DNA of 54,619 nucleotides from contig JANOQV010000084.1 of assembly GCA_031414955.1 (NCBI GenBank), forward strand, positions 1 to 54,619, in the 5' to 3' direction. The position numbers and the translations under genes were made by a program. This stretch comes from Pedosphaera sp. (GTDB taxonomy: Bacteria > Verrucomicrobiota > Verrucomicrobiia > Limisphaerales > SIBH01). A model generated the notes under the pieces. That model saw only the letters and a list, made by a program, of their open reading frames with translations, made no database searches and had not been told where the DNA came from. Numbering within the stretch: position 1 is the stretch's first letter; every line of letters begins with the position of its first letter. Shown here in pieces: positions 8,821 through 18,946 of this stretch.

Positions 8821-9449
8821 GGCTTCCTTCTTTCGTCCTTCCCCATTTCTTCCAACACCGGCAGCGACAGCTTCAATCGGATGCCCGCCAGTCGCAGCGC
8901 GAGAATCAGTCCCGTGCAGACGATGGTGGCGGCAGGCTGATTCGGCGCGAAATGATTCCACACCACAAACACCACCGCGCCCGCCAACGCCGCCGTGGCG
9001 TAGAGATAAATTTGCGGGCGGAAAACCATCGGCACCTCGCCCGTGAGCACATCGCGCAGAATGCCGCCCGCCACGCCGGTGACTACGCCAAGCATCACCG
9101 CCACCGGCGCGGCGAATTCCAGCGCCACGCCCTTGCGCGTGCCGACGATGGTGAAGAGCGCGAGGGCGAAGGCGTCAGCGACGAGCAGGAAGCCGCGCGG
9201 CAGTTCGCGCGCACGCCGCACGAAGAACGTGACAAAGGTCGTGACCGTGGCGTTGAGCAGGAACGACGGCTCGCGAATCCACGCGACCGGCGTGTCGCCG
9301 CTCAGAAGATCGCGCACCGTCCCACCACCGAAGGAAGTCACCAGCGCCAGCACCAGCACGCCGAACAAGTCCACGCGCTTGCCCCGCGCTGCCAGCACGC
9401 CGGAGATGGCGGAGACGGTGATGCCGAAATGTTCGAGCCAGAGTTGCAT
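8817..9449 (-). CDS. Trimeric intracellular cation channel family / UPF0126 membrane protein (YadS/YicG-like)
   Basis: Duplicated motifs DLFGVLVLALVTSFGGGTVRDLL and GVVTGVAGGILRDVL, plus DAFALALF and IYLYATAA; about 7 TM segments. Confidence 0.9.
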   Translation of the reverse strand: MQLWLEHFGITVSAISGVLAARGKRVDLFGVLVLALVTSFGGGTVRDLLSGDTPVAWIREPSFLLNATVTTFVTFFVRRARELPRGFLLVADAFALALFTIVGTRKGVALEFAAPVAVMLGVVTGVAGGILRDVLTGEVPMVFRPQIYLYATAALAGAVVFVVWNHFAPNQPAATIVCTGLILALRLAGIRLKLSLPVLEEMGKDERRKP

Positions 9450-9464
9450 CAAGGGGCAGGGGGC

Positions 9465-9612
9465 AAATTCCAAAATCCAAAGTCCAAATCCCAAATAAAT
9501 TCCAAGCTCCAAGTTTCAAATCTCAAATTGCGGCCTGGCGACCCGGCGGCGAGCTCCTTGAAATTTGCAATTTGGAGCTTGTTTGAGATTTGGACTTTGG
9601 ATTTTGGAATTT
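9465..9612. repeat. Heptamer-array palindrome (AAATCCA/AAGTCCA/AAATCCC units and inverted copy)
   Basis: aaattccaaaatccaaagtccaaatcccaaataa (9465-9498) pairs with ttgtttgagatttggactttggattttggaattt (9579-9612) with 2 mismatches; GC-rich central spacer. Confidence 0.88.
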
Positions 9613-9645
9613 CCATGCTCTTCGGCAGCTACGGTTTGACGATTC

Positions 9646-12600
9646 TCAAGGAACTCTTCGCACGCGGAAGAACTGCACCGGCGGGTTCGTCGCGCTGGTC
9701 ACGAATTGAAACACCCCGCCGCTCACGAGGTTGGTCGTGAGCGGGAACCACGCCGGCAGATTCGTCGAGCCTTCCACGGCGTAGGCCAGTCCGTTCACGT
9801 CCAGGAAGGAAATGCGGAGTTGCTCCGGCGAGAGCACTTCCAGATTCAGCAAGGGCGGCGGGCTGTTCACCGTCGTTTGCAGACCGGTGGAACTGAACTC
9901 CAGGTTGAAGCCGATGTCGCCGCTCGCGCCGTCAATCTGGTGAACCTCGGCGGCGAGGACGTTGGTGCCGACATGCAAAGCGCTGGCGTTGGTGGTGAAC
10001 GTGAAGAAGGCCTGCTCGTTCGGCGCGCTCACCGTCGCGCTCGGGCGCGTCGCGTAGCCGATGGCTCCCGCCGGCATGTTATCGCGCACCACTTCCATGC
10101 CGTTGAGATAAACCGCCGCGCCATCGTCGCGCGAAAGTCGCACGGTCACGTTCGTGCCTGTGAAACCGGCGGGGACGACGAAGCTCGTTCGGAAGTAATA
10201 GGTCACGCGCGGCTGTCCGCGCAGCGTGGTGACTTCGCCATCGCCGCCGAAGCCGAGGCGCGCGACGCCGTTGCTCCAGGTCGCGTCGTTGAAGCCCACG
10301 TTCGTCCAGGTGTTCCCGATGCTCACTCCCTCGTCGTGGTATTTCCAAAGGCTGTTACTGGCGACCAGCGTGAGGTTCGTCACGAGAGGCGCGGCGACAA
10401 CGTTGAAGAAGACTGGCGCGCTGGTGCTGGTGAGTCCGTGGTTGTCCGTCGCCACGGCTCGCAGCGTGTGCAGGCCGAGCGCGGGCGACGGGAACAGCCA
10501 CGTCAGCAACGGGCCGTTGAGCAGACCAAGACTCGCTGCGCCATCGAACAACTCGACGGAGGCGACAAACTCATCGCCATCCGCCGCGCTCGCGTCGATG
10601 AAAAGCATCGGCGGATTCGTGACCGTGCCACCGGCGGTGAGCAAGGCGACGGCGGGTGAATTATTCGCGAGGATGTTCACCGCGACCGGCGCGCTGGTCA
10701 CGGACTGGCCGAGCGAATTCTGCGCGACCGCCGTGAGCGTGTGCGCGCCCACGCTCGGTGCTGTCCACGCCACGCTTCCGCTCGCCGCCGCGACGGATCC
10801 GATGTTCACGCCGTCCGCGCGCACCACGATGTTCGTCACCACCCCGTTCGGCGTCATGGCGTGCGCGCTGACCGCGAGGATCGCGGGCCGCAACACACTC
10901 GTGCCCGGCGCAGGGTCGGTGATGACCGCGCTGAACGCCGGCGTGGTGAACGCGCCTTCCAGTTTCATCGCGAAGCCGAGGTCGCCGCTCGTGGCGTTCA
11001 CCTGATGCACTTCCACGGCCAGCGTGTTCGTGCCTTCCACGAACACGGACGGCGGCAGGTTGGTGGGGAAGAACGTCTGCTCATCCGCCGCGTTCACGCC
11101 GGGCGTGGTGAACGTGACCGCGCCGGGATTCATGCTCGTGCGGAACACTTCCACGCCGTTCACGTAGGCCACCGCTCCGTCGTCGCGCGCGATGCTCATG
11201 GTGAAGCCGGTGTAGCGCGCGAGGTTCGTGATGACGATGGTGCGGCGGAAATACACCGTGGGATAACGCGCGCCATCAGGGCCGATGTCAATGACCGTGA
11301 CCGCCCCGTCGCTGAAGCCGATGCGCGTCGGGCCGCTGACCCAGAGGCTGTCGTCGTAGTTGGTGCCGCGCCACGCCGTGAGCAAGTCCTGGTTCAGGTT
11401 GTGGTATTTCCAAACGCCGTTGCTCAGGACGAGTGTGTTGGTGGTGAGGTTGCTGAACACGTTCACGAGTCGCGCGAGCGAAGTGATGACATGGCCGAAA
11501 GTGTCCCGCGCCACGGCCTGCACGACGTAACTGCCAGCGGCGACGCCGTTCCACGCTCCGCCGAACGGATACGTGTTGTCACTCGCGACCGTCGAGCCGC
11601 CCACGACGAACTGCACATTCGTCACACTCGCGGCGTCGCCGGACAAATCGGCGTTGACCGGAATGCTCGCGGGCGCGAGGTGCGTCGTTGGGTCGCTCGC
11701 ACCGAAGCGGAGAGTGACGCCGGTTACGGGGGCGGTGCCGCCGCCGGGTGGAAGGAAAAGGTCGCTGCCGGGGATCAGCACCGCCGGAGGAATGAGCGCG
11801 AGCACCGGCACCCCTGGACCCTGCCACGCAGCTTGCGCGTAATCGCTGCCGGTCACTTCGGTCTGAAACACTTCCAGCGCGTACAGTTGACCAGCTTCGA
11901 GCCACACAGGCGCGGAGCGTTGCGCGGGATCAGCGGAGAAGTTGCCCACGCCGGTGCTGGCGCCGGTGCAAAGCTCGACGAGCGAGGAGGCGCTCGAGTT
12001 CGTGCCGAGGTAAAGCGTAGCGCGGTCGCTGCCCGTGATCCAGAAGGTGAACGCGCCCGTCTGCGGCGGCACGAGCCACGCGGTCAGGCGGCGCACGTAA
12101 TTGTCGCCCGTGTTCGTGATGGGCCAGGGAAAGATCAACGCCTCGAAGGCGGGCGGGCCGGTCGCGCTCGTGCCATTCCAGCGTCGCTCCCGCAGGCCGA
12201 CCGGAGAATTGCACACCACATGAGTCCGTCCGGTCGTGCTTACTCCGGCGCTGTCGGTCGCGCTCACCAGCAGGCTGAGCACGCCGGGATCCGGCAGTGA
12301 CGCGGGCTGTTGGAGGGTAATCAGACCGCTGACCGCATTCACGGCGAAGACCGGACCGCCGCTGACCAGCGCGTAGCCTGTGATGGTTTTGCCGGTGTCC
12401 GCCGTGGCCATGATGGTGCCCAAGCCGGTGCCGGCGAACAGCGTGTTCGAAGCGACCATCAAGGGAGCGACGAGCGTGGGAGGCTCGGAAGTGTTCGTCA
12501 CCGTAAGGCTCAACGTGTTGGTGAGGAAGTAACGCGGCAGCGCGTTGTCGAAGACGGTGACGGTGAGGACGTAGTTGCTCTGGCGCTCGTAGTCGATCGA

Positions 12601-15045
12601 CGCGACGCGCAACTCGCCGCTCCAGCGGTCAAGCGTGAACGCGCCGTCCTCGTTGCCGGAGAGAATGGAGTAGATGAACAGGTTGCCCGGATCAGGATCG
12701 GTGGTGGTGAACGTCGTGACGAGTGTGCCGGCGGGCGTGGCTTCGTTGAGCGTGATGGGCGCGGGAAGATTGAGTGAAATCGGAGGACGGTTCTCGCTCC
12801 ATGTCGGCAGCGCGGTGAAGCGCGACTTCACGGCGGCGGTGAGATTCGTCCAGCCATAGTTGTCGAAGTAAGGCCCGAGGTTGTAACCCGTTTCCTCGCA
12901 CATGCCGACGAACCAGCGGTTGTATTTGTCCAATCCCGCGAAGCTCGGCTCGCTCGCGTTGTTCGTGCTCCAGCGATAGAAGCGGCTGAACGCTCGGTGC
13001 CACAGGTCGTAGCCGAAGCTCTCGGGCAGACTGAAAAAGAAATCGTAGCCCGCCACATCGCCGCCGTTGACCGCGAACCACGAACGCTGCGCGAGCGGCG
13101 TGGCGAAGAACGTGGCGCGTCCGCTGGCGCGATTCGCGGCGTCCATCGTCGAGTGTGTGTTGTTGTCCCAGAGGCTGCGCTTGTGGATGAGCGTCATCAG
13201 GAGATTCGGAATGAGGTTCACATCCACTTCGCCGCCCGCCGTGCTGTTCCACCCGTGGCCGTTGTCCTGAAACGTGTGGCCCAGCTCGTGATAGAAACCC
13301 CAGTCGCCGTTGCCGACAATCCCGTTGACCAGTTCGTCGTTGTCACGCCCGTAGGCCATCACGAAGGGATAACCCGCGTGCCCGCCGCCCGCGATGATGT
13401 CGCGGTCGGTCTTGCCTGCCTCCTCGCGAAAGCGGCGCAGATAGCCCATGTAAAAATCCGCGGTGGAAATGGCGTTGCCCCAGTGATTCATCGGCACAGT
13501 CGGATCGCTCACGCCTTGCAGTGCGCCGCGTGAAATGTAGGCGGTGAAGTTCGTCGAGCGAATGTAGCCCTGCGCGCCGGGCAGCGACTTAAGCCGCGCC
13601 CAGTCGGCGGGCGAGTCCACGCCCTGCTCGAAGTGCGGCGCCTCCACCGAGCCCTCGATGGTGATGGGAAAGTCCCCAAGCAAAGAATCCGGCGGCACGC
13701 GCACGAGAATCAATCCGCCGTAGGGCGACGCGACTTCGTTGACGATATTCGTGAGCGGCTCGTAGCGCGCAACCTTGGGATGACGATGCCACGAATCGAG
13801 ATGGAAATTCTCATCGTGGTGATGGCCGATCTGGATGCGGAGGCCGGCACCCGTTTTGTCCGCCGGAATTTTCACGCGCACGACGGTGCCCGCGCGGGCG
13901 TAGAGGCCGACGGGCTGGCGCACGCCGTGCGAGCCTTGATTGATGAGCGCGGGATCATCGGGCGGCGCGTTGCCCTGCACGATGACGGTCTTGTTCACGA
14001 CCGACGCGCTGCTTGCGACTGCGCCAGGGAAGTCATCCGCGTCAGGATGCTTCGGCAGCAACGCGGCGGGCGTGAGATCGAACAGGCCGGCCTGGTAACG
14101 CTCGCACAGCGATTCAATCGGCACATTCGCCTTGATCAGCGTTCGTCCGGCGTTCACGGAAATGAATCCGCCATAAGTCGCGAGCAGTTGCGCGAGTCCA
14201 TTCGTGAGTGGCGGAAAGAGCGGGCGCACCGCGAGCACCCCGTCGATGCCGTCGGCGGCGGCTTGTTGAATCGAGACCGCGACGTTGGTCGTGCCGAAGC
14301 GTTGCGCCAGCAACAAGTCGAGGCCGATGAGCGCGCTCACGTAACTCGGATACGCCGTGGCCGGCACGTTGTACGGCCCGCCGGAGCGATAGTCGCCGGA
14401 GAAGGTGAGTCCGACGCCGCACAGCACGGTGTTCGCGTCCGCGAGGGCCGCGCTGCTCGCTGCCCAAGGCGTTGAGAAAACGATCACACCACCGCCCGCC
14501 GCGACGAAGTTGGTGATCTTGGTCACCGCGCCCGAAGCGTAATCGGATTGCCCGTTCATCAGGAACACATCCACGCCCGTGAGGTCGGTGTTCGTGGTCG
14601 CCATCGTGGTGTCCACCGTCTTCACGGTGAAGCCGAGCGAGTTGATGAAGGTGGTGCTTACGCCCGCGCCCTTGGCAATGACGGCGTTGGGCTTCCCACG
14701 CGCCGCCCAGCGCAGGGCGTTCGACATGCCCACGCCCATGTCGCCCGTGGTCGAAGTCCAGCCGGTGTGCGCGTAGGCCAGGCCGCGCCCCGCGTTCGTG
14801 TCGTCGTTCCAATGTCCCGCCGCCACCACTGGCACGGTGCCGTTGGTGCTCTCGGTGAAAACGGGGAACGCCGTCCGCCCGTGCATCACGACGGTGCCCG
14901 GCGTGCCGCCGCTGCCGGGGATGTTCGTGAGTCCGGCGGTCAGTGCGGCGTAGTCGGAAGCGATGTCAGCCCGGGCCGCGGAAAGCGCCGCAGCTAGGAT
15001 CACGCTAATCAGTACTGAGCGAATCAGGGTGGATGGCTTGTTCAT
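9646..15045 (-). CDS. Large exported M60-like metallopeptidase with cadherin, PA14, Ig-like and jelly-roll modules
   Basis: Signal peptide; M60-like N-domain (VGLYARAG...RIQIGHH...SPYGGLI), WGFYHELGH (13276-13290) plus downstream EVDVN; cadherin (DPDPGN...ILSGNEDGAF...DYE), PA14 (LVPPQTGAFTFW), two WKY...YFR...RDDGA..Y.NG.EV...N.LA.EVHQ domains. Confidence 0.85.
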   Translation of the reverse strand: MNKPSTLIRSVLISVILAAALSAARADIASDYAALTAGLTNIPGSGGTPGTVVMHGRTAFPVFTESTNGTVPVVAAGHWNDDTNAGRGLAYAHTGWTSTTGDMGVGMSNALRWAARGKPNAVIAKGAGVSTTFINSLGFTVKTVDTTMATTNTDLTGVDVFLMNGQSDYASGAVTKITNFVAAGGGVIVFSTPWAASSAALADANTVLCGVGLTFSGDYRSGGPYNVPATAYPSYVSALIGLDLLLAQRFGTTNVAVSIQQAAADGIDGVLAVRPLFPPLTNGLAQLLATYGGFISVNAGRTLIKANVPIESLCERYQAGLFDLTPAALLPKHPDADDFPGAVASSASVVNKTVIVQGNAPPDDPALINQGSHGVRQPVGLYARAGTVVRVKIPADKTGAGLRIQIGHHHDENFHLDSWHRHPKVARYEPLTNIVNEVASPYGGLILVRVPPDSLLGDFPITIEGSVEAPHFEQGVDSPADWARLKSLPGAQGYIRSTNFTAYISRGALQGVSDPTVPMNHWGNAISTADFYMGYLRRFREEAGKTDRDIIAGGGHAGYPFVMAYGRDNDELVNGIVGNGDWGFYHELGHTFQDNGHGWNSTAGGEVDVNLIPNLLMTLIHKRSLWDNNTHSTMDAANRASGRATFFATPLAQRSWFAVNGGDVAGYDFFFSLPESFGYDLWHRAFSRFYRWSTNNASEPSFAGLDKYNRWFVGMCEETGYNLGPYFDNYGWTNLTAAVKSRFTALPTWSENRPPISLNLPAPITLNEATPAGTLVTTFTTTDPDPGNLFIYSILSGNEDGAFTLDRWSGELRVASIDYERQSNYVLTVTVFDNALPRYFLTNTLSLTVTNTSEPPTLVAPLMVASNTLFAGTGLGTIMATADTGKTITGYALVSGGPVFAVNAVSGLITLQQPASLPDPGVLSLLVSATDSAGVSTTGRTHVVCNSPVGLRERRWNGTSATGPPAFEALIFPWPITNTGDNYVRRLTAWLVPPQTGAFTFWITGSDRATLYLGTNSSASSLVELCTGASTGVGNFSADPAQRSAPVWLEAGQLYALEVFQTEVTGSDYAQAAWQGPGVPVLALIPPAVLIPGSDLFLPPGGGTAPVTGVTLRFGASDPTTHLAPASIPVNADLSGDAASVTNVQFVVGGSTVASDNTYPFGGAWNGVAAGSYVVQAVARDTFGHVITSLARLVNVFSNLTTNTLVLSNGVWKYHNLNQDLLTAWRGTNYDDSLWVSGPTRIGFSDGAVTVIDIGPDGARYPTVYFRRTIVITNLARYTGFTMSIARDDGAVAYVNGVEVFRTSMNPGAVTFTTPGVNAADEQTFFPTNLPPSVFVEGTNTLAVEVHQVNATSGDLGFAMKLEGAFTTPAFSAVITDPAPGTSVLRPAILAVSAHAMTPNGVVTNIVVRADGVNIGSVAAASGSVAWTAPSVGAHTLTAVAQNSLGQSVTSAPVAVNILANNSPAVALLTAGGTVTNPPMLFIDASAADGDEFVASVELFDGAASLGLLNGPLLTWLFPSPALGLHTLRAVATDNHGLTSTSAPVFFNVVAAPLVTNLTLVASNSLWKYHDEGVSIGNTWTNVGFNDATWSNGVARLGFGGDGEVTTLRGQPRVTYYFRTSFVVPAGFTGTNVTVRLSRDDGAAVYLNGMEVVRDNMPAGAIGYATRPSATVSAPNEQAFFTFTTNASALHVGTNVLAAEVHQIDGASGDIGFNLEFSSTGLQTTVNSPPPLLNLEVLSPEQLRISFLDVNGLAYAVEGSTNLPAWFPLTTNLVSGGVFQFVTSATNPPVQFFRVRRVP

Positions 15046-15061
15046 ACGTCTCTGAAAGCAA

Positions 15062-16567
15062 TCACTCTTTCGCATCCAAAACGCGGATGGGCCAGAGCTT
15101 TGAGGGCACATGCTGTTCCCGCGCGAGGGCGCTCAATTTCTTCACCACGTCGGGATGCTTGGAGGCGACATCGGTGGTCTCGTGCGGGTCGTTGGCGAGG
15201 TCGTAGAGTTCGGTGGTCGGCGCGGGCGGATTCGCCTGACGCGGGCCGGGGTTGAGATGTTGGCGCACCAGTTTCCAATCGCCGACGCGCACGCATTGCT
15301 GGCCGGTGTAGCCGGGCGACTCGCGGTAGAGGAACGGACGCGCGTCCTGTTTCTTGCCGAGCAACGTGGGGGCGAAGCTCACGCCGTCGATGCCCTTGGG
15401 CGTGGCGCTCGTCTCGCCCATGAGTTCAAGCAGCGTGGGCATCCAATCCTCGAAACCAGTCACGCGGTCGCTCATTGAGCCAGCTTTGATTTTGCCCGGC
15501 CAGCGCACGACACACGGAACGCGGAAGCCGCCTTCGTAGTAGGAGCCTTTGCGGCCGCGAAAACCGGCGGCGCTGTTGAAGAACTCCGCGTCCGTGCCGC
15601 CGAGTTTCTTGTCGAGCGGGCCGTTGTCGCTGGTGAAGACGATGAGCGTGTTGTCGTCGAGGCCGAGTTCCTTGACCAACGCGAGCACGCGGCCGACCTC
15701 GCGGTCCAGGCGTGTGACCATCGCGGCATAGGCAGCGTGCGGCGTGCGGTGTGGGAGATAGCCGCGCCCGCCGGGATAAGGCGTCTCGGGGAATTTGCCC
15801 GCGAATTCCTGGAGCGAATCTTCCGGCACTTGCAGCGCGAGATGCGGCACGGTCGTGGGATAGAACAGGAAGAATGGCTTGCTCTGATGATCACGGATGA
15901 ATTGCAACGCCTGCGCGCCGATGAGGTCGGGCGCGTAATCACTCGCATTGAAATTCACGTAGCTGCCGGGCGCGTTCGTGTCGGCACCGGCGGGAAGTTT
16001 CTGGTGTGCGGCAAACTTGGGATTGCTCAACGCGATGCGCGTGTCGTTCGACCAGAGATGCGTTGGGTAATAGTTATGTCCCACGGCCTGGCAGTTGTAA
16101 CCGAAGAAACGGTCGAAGCCCTGCCGAAGCGGATCGCCCGTGCTGCCGACCGGGCCGAGACCCCATTTGCCAAAGCCGCCGAGCGTGTAGCCAAGTTGCT
16201 TGAGCGTGAGCGGCAGCTTGAGTTCACCCGCCGGCACCGGTTCCTGCCCCTCGCCTTCCGGCCCCATCCCTCCGCGGTTCTCGCGGATGTAGCCGTGGCC
16301 CGGATGCTTCCCGCTCATCAAGGCGCAGCGCGACGGCGCGCAGACGTTGTGCCCGGAGTAGTGCGCCGTGAACTTCATTCCCTCGCTGGCGATGCGATCA
16401 ATATTCGGCGTCTTGAACTTCTGCTGCCCGTAGCAACTCAAGTCACCGTAGCCGAGGTCGTCGGCGAGGATGAATATGATGTTCGGCGGTGCGACCGCTG
16501 CAGACAGCGGATCGGAAATCACCATCAGCACGAGAACGGCAAGCGCACGGAGCAAGCAGGCTTTCAT
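15062..16567 (-). CDS. Arylsulfatase (formylglycine-dependent sulfatase)
   Basis: PNIIFILADDLGYGDL, CAPSR active-site motif, GKWGLG, FTSDNGP, KGSYYEGGFRVP, ELYDLANDPHE; signal peptide. Confidence 0.93.
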   Translation of the reverse strand: MKACLLRALAVLVLMVISDPLSAAVAPPNIIFILADDLGYGDLSCYGQQKFKTPNIDRIASEGMKFTAHYSGHNVCAPSRCALMSGKHPGHGYIRENRGGMGPEGEGQEPVPAGELKLPLTLKQLGYTLGGFGKWGLGPVGSTGDPLRQGFDRFFGYNCQAVGHNYYPTHLWSNDTRIALSNPKFAAHQKLPAGADTNAPGSYVNFNASDYAPDLIGAQALQFIRDHQSKPFFLFYPTTVPHLALQVPEDSLQEFAGKFPETPYPGGRGYLPHRTPHAAYAAMVTRLDREVGRVLALVKELGLDDNTLIVFTSDNGPLDKKLGGTDAEFFNSAAGFRGRKGSYYEGGFRVPCVVRWPGKIKAGSMSDRVTGFEDWMPTLLELMGETSATPKGIDGVSFAPTLLGKKQDARPFLYRESPGYTGQQCVRVGDWKLVRQHLNPGPRQANPPAPTTELYDLANDPHETTDVASKHPDVVKKLSALAREQHVPSKLWPIRVLDAKE

Positions 16568-16624
16568 GAATGGCCGCAAGTTAACCGACCCCAGTTGAAA
16601 AATGAAGCCCGGACAAGCGCGGCC

Positions 16625-17662
16625 TCACGCCTTTCCTCCCCACCAGTCGAGGATCACCTTGCCGGACTGTCCCGAGAGCATCGCCTCAAACCCCTGCTCG
16701 AACTCGGTGTAATGGAACCGGTGCGTGATGACCGGCTTGATGTTCAGGCCGCTCTCCAGCATCACGGACATTTTGTACCAGGTCTCGTACATCTCGCGGC
16801 CATAGATGCCTTTAATGGTCAGCATGTTGAACACAACCTTGTTCCAGTCGATGGCGATCTGCTCCGACGGAATGCCGAGCATCGCGATCTTGCCGCCGTG
16901 GGCCATGGCTTCGATCATGTCGCGGAACGCTTGCGGGTTGCCGGACATTTCCAGACCCACGTCGAACCCTTCCTTCATCCCCAGTTCCTTTTGCGTCTCG
17001 CGCAGGTTGCCGGTCTTCACGTTGAGCGCCACCGTCGCGCCCATCTTCTTCGCGAGCGCGAGGCGGTAATCATTCACGTCGGTGATGACGACATGGCGCG
17101 CGCCCGCGTGCTTGACGATGGCGGCGGCCATGATGCCGATGGGACCCGCGCCCGTGATCAAAACATCTTCCCCCAACACGTCGAACGAGAGGGCGGTGTG
17201 AACGGCATTGCCGAACGGGTCGAAGATGGAAGCCACTTCGCGATCCACGGTCGGTTGGTGATGCCACACGTTTGTCATCGGGACAGAAATAAATTCCGCA
17301 AACGCGCCCGCGCGATTCACGCCGATGCCCTTCGTGTCCGCACACAAGTGCCGCCGCCCCGCGAGACAGTTGCGGCAGCGCCCGCAGACGACGTGGCCTT
17401 CGGCGCTGACGATGTCACCCACGCGGAAGTCATTCACGTTCGAACCAATCTCCACGACCTCGCCGACGAACTCGTGGCCCACGACCATCGGCACCGGGAT
17501 GGTCTTCTGCGCCCAGGCATCCCACTTGTAAATGTGCAGGTCCGTGCCGCAGATGCCGGTCTTGTGGACACGGATAAGGACGTCGTTGATGCCGGTGGCA
17601 GGCACAGGAACATCCTGCAGCCAGAGGCCGGGCTTCGCTTCCGCTTTGACGAGGGCTTTCAT
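16625..17662 (-). CDS. tdh: L-threonine 3-dehydrogenase
   Basis: [89 protein letters not shown]. Confidence 0.96.
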   Translation of the reverse strand: MKALVKAEAKPGLWLQDVPVPATGINDVLIRVHKTGICGTDLHIYKWDAWAQKTIPVPMVVGHEFVGEVVEIGSNVNDFRVGDIVSAEGHVVCGRCRNCLAGRRHLCADTKGIGVNRAGAFAEFISVPMTNVWHHQPTVDREVASIFDPFGNAVHTALSFDVLGEDVLITGAGPIGIMAAAIVKHAGARHVVITDVNDYRLALAKKMGATVALNVKTGNLRETQKELGMKEGFDVGLEMSGNPQAFRDMIEAMAHGGKIAMLGIPSEQIAIDWNKVVFNMLTIKGIYGREMYETWYKMSVMLESGLNIKPVITHRFHYTEFEQGFEAMLSGQSGKVILDWWGGKA

Positions 17663-17706
17663 GCTTTGGTCTGGGTAAATCGACTGTTGCCAAGGCGGGA
17701 AACTCC

Positions 17707-17784
17707 ATCCAGTATCTTGGAAACAGTTCCGATAAACTAGAGAGATGATTCCGGTATGCAAGAAGTATTTCCGGTATAGCGAAC
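17707..17784. promoter_or_regulatory. Four phased imperfect palindromic operator-like sites (consensus TTCCRGTATnnnRGAA)
   Basis: ATCCAGTATCTTGGAA (17707), TTCCGATAAACTAGAG (17727), TTCCGGTATGCAAGAA (17749), TTCCGGTATAGCGAAC (17769); spacing 20/22/20; located between divergent tdh and XRE regulator. Confidence 0.65.
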
Positions 17785-17825
17785 ACGGTAACGGCGGGTG
17801 CGGAGCGGGTGAGCTGGAACGTAGC

Positions 17826-18010
17826 CAGCCCCGGCGGGGCTGAACGTGAATTGCCCCGGATGAAATTCGGGGTGAGTACGTCCGAAGTCCTCCAACCCCG
17901 GAGGGGTTGAACGGCGGTGCCAGGATGCGCACGGAGTTCAACCCCTCTGGGGTTGAAAAGTCACCCCGGATTGCATCCGGGGCTATTCACGTTCAATCGC
18001 TCCGCGATTG
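17826..18010. repeat. ~185-bp composite palindromic element (REP/MITE-like)
   Basis: Arm TGAACGTGAATTGCCCCGGATGAAATTCGGGGTGA (17841-17875) pairs with TCACCCCGGATTGCATCCGGGGCTATTCACGTTCA (17961-17995); inner CAACCCCGGAGGGGTTGAAC / GTTCAACCCCTCTGGGGTTG; small terminal hairpins. Confidence 0.85.
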
Positions 18011-18056
18011 GCGGGCGGCGGGACTCGCCGGTGAAAATCAAAATTCGAGAATTGAA

Positions 18057-18662
18057 ATGAGCACGAAAGCCAAAAAGACCAATGTTGCCCCGCCCGCCCG
18101 CCCCGCCGAGGCGATCAACAAACATCTTGGAGCGCGCGTGAAACAACTGCGCTCCATGCGCGGCTGGTCGCTGGAAGCACTGGCCACGGCCAGCGGCGTA
18201 AGCCGTTCCATGTTGAGTCAGATTGAGCGCGAGCAGGCCAATCCTACGCTGGCCGTCACGCTTCGCATCGCCCAGGCCTTCGGCATGAATCTCGGCGACT
18301 TGCTGGAAATGCCTGGTGCCACCTCCGCTGTCTCCGTCATTCGCGCCGAAGATCATGCGTTCCATTATCGCTCCGACAAGTTCTGCCGCATCCGCACCCT
18401 CTCGCCGCTGAAGCTGGAGAAGGACGTGGAGTTCTATGAAGTTCAGTTGCAGCCCGGCGGCGCATTGCGCAGCGCGGCGCATTTCGAGGGCACGCGCGAG
18501 TTTCTCACCGTGCAAAAAGGCCAGGTGCGCGTGGAATCAGCGAGCGATTCGGAAATTTTGAACCCCGGCGATTCTGCGAACTACCGCGCCGATGTGCCCC
18601 ACGCCATCATCAATACCGGCAAGGGGGAGGCCGTGATCTTCCTGGTCGATATTTATCGTTGA
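18057..18662 (+). CDS. XRE-family transcriptional regulator with C-terminal cupin domain
   Basis: HTH LGARVKQLR...WSLEALATASGVSRSMLSQIEREQANPTL; cupin AHFEGTRE...LNPGDSANYRADVPH. Confidence 0.93.
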   Translation: MSTKAKKTNVAPPARPAEAINKHLGARVKQLRSMRGWSLEALATASGVSRSMLSQIEREQANPTLAVTLRIAQAFGMNLGDLLEMPGATSAVSVIRAEDHAFHYRSDKFCRIRTLSPLKLEKDVEFYEVQLQPGGALRSAAHFEGTREFLTVQKGQVRVESASDSEILNPGDSANYRADVPHAIINTGKGEAVIFLVDIYR

Positions 18663-18946
18663 GGCTCCAGAGTCTCAGAAGGCTCTTGAGCAAGCGGCGT
18701 TGCAGGGCTGGTGTAAGGGAGGGATGGAGTTTTAACCACGGCTGACACGGACCACACGGATGGTGAGAACGGATTCCACGCGGCCTGCTTTCCCCTCATG
18801 GCTCGTGTCAGCTCCGGTGAAAAACCGTTTGGCGGCGGTCTGCCGAGGCGCGCGCTGATTGAGACCAAATCACAAACCATCCAGGAACTTCAGCCGTGCG
18901 GTTCCCTGGCCATCACCAGGACCCATTCGTCGAGGCAATTCCAGCC

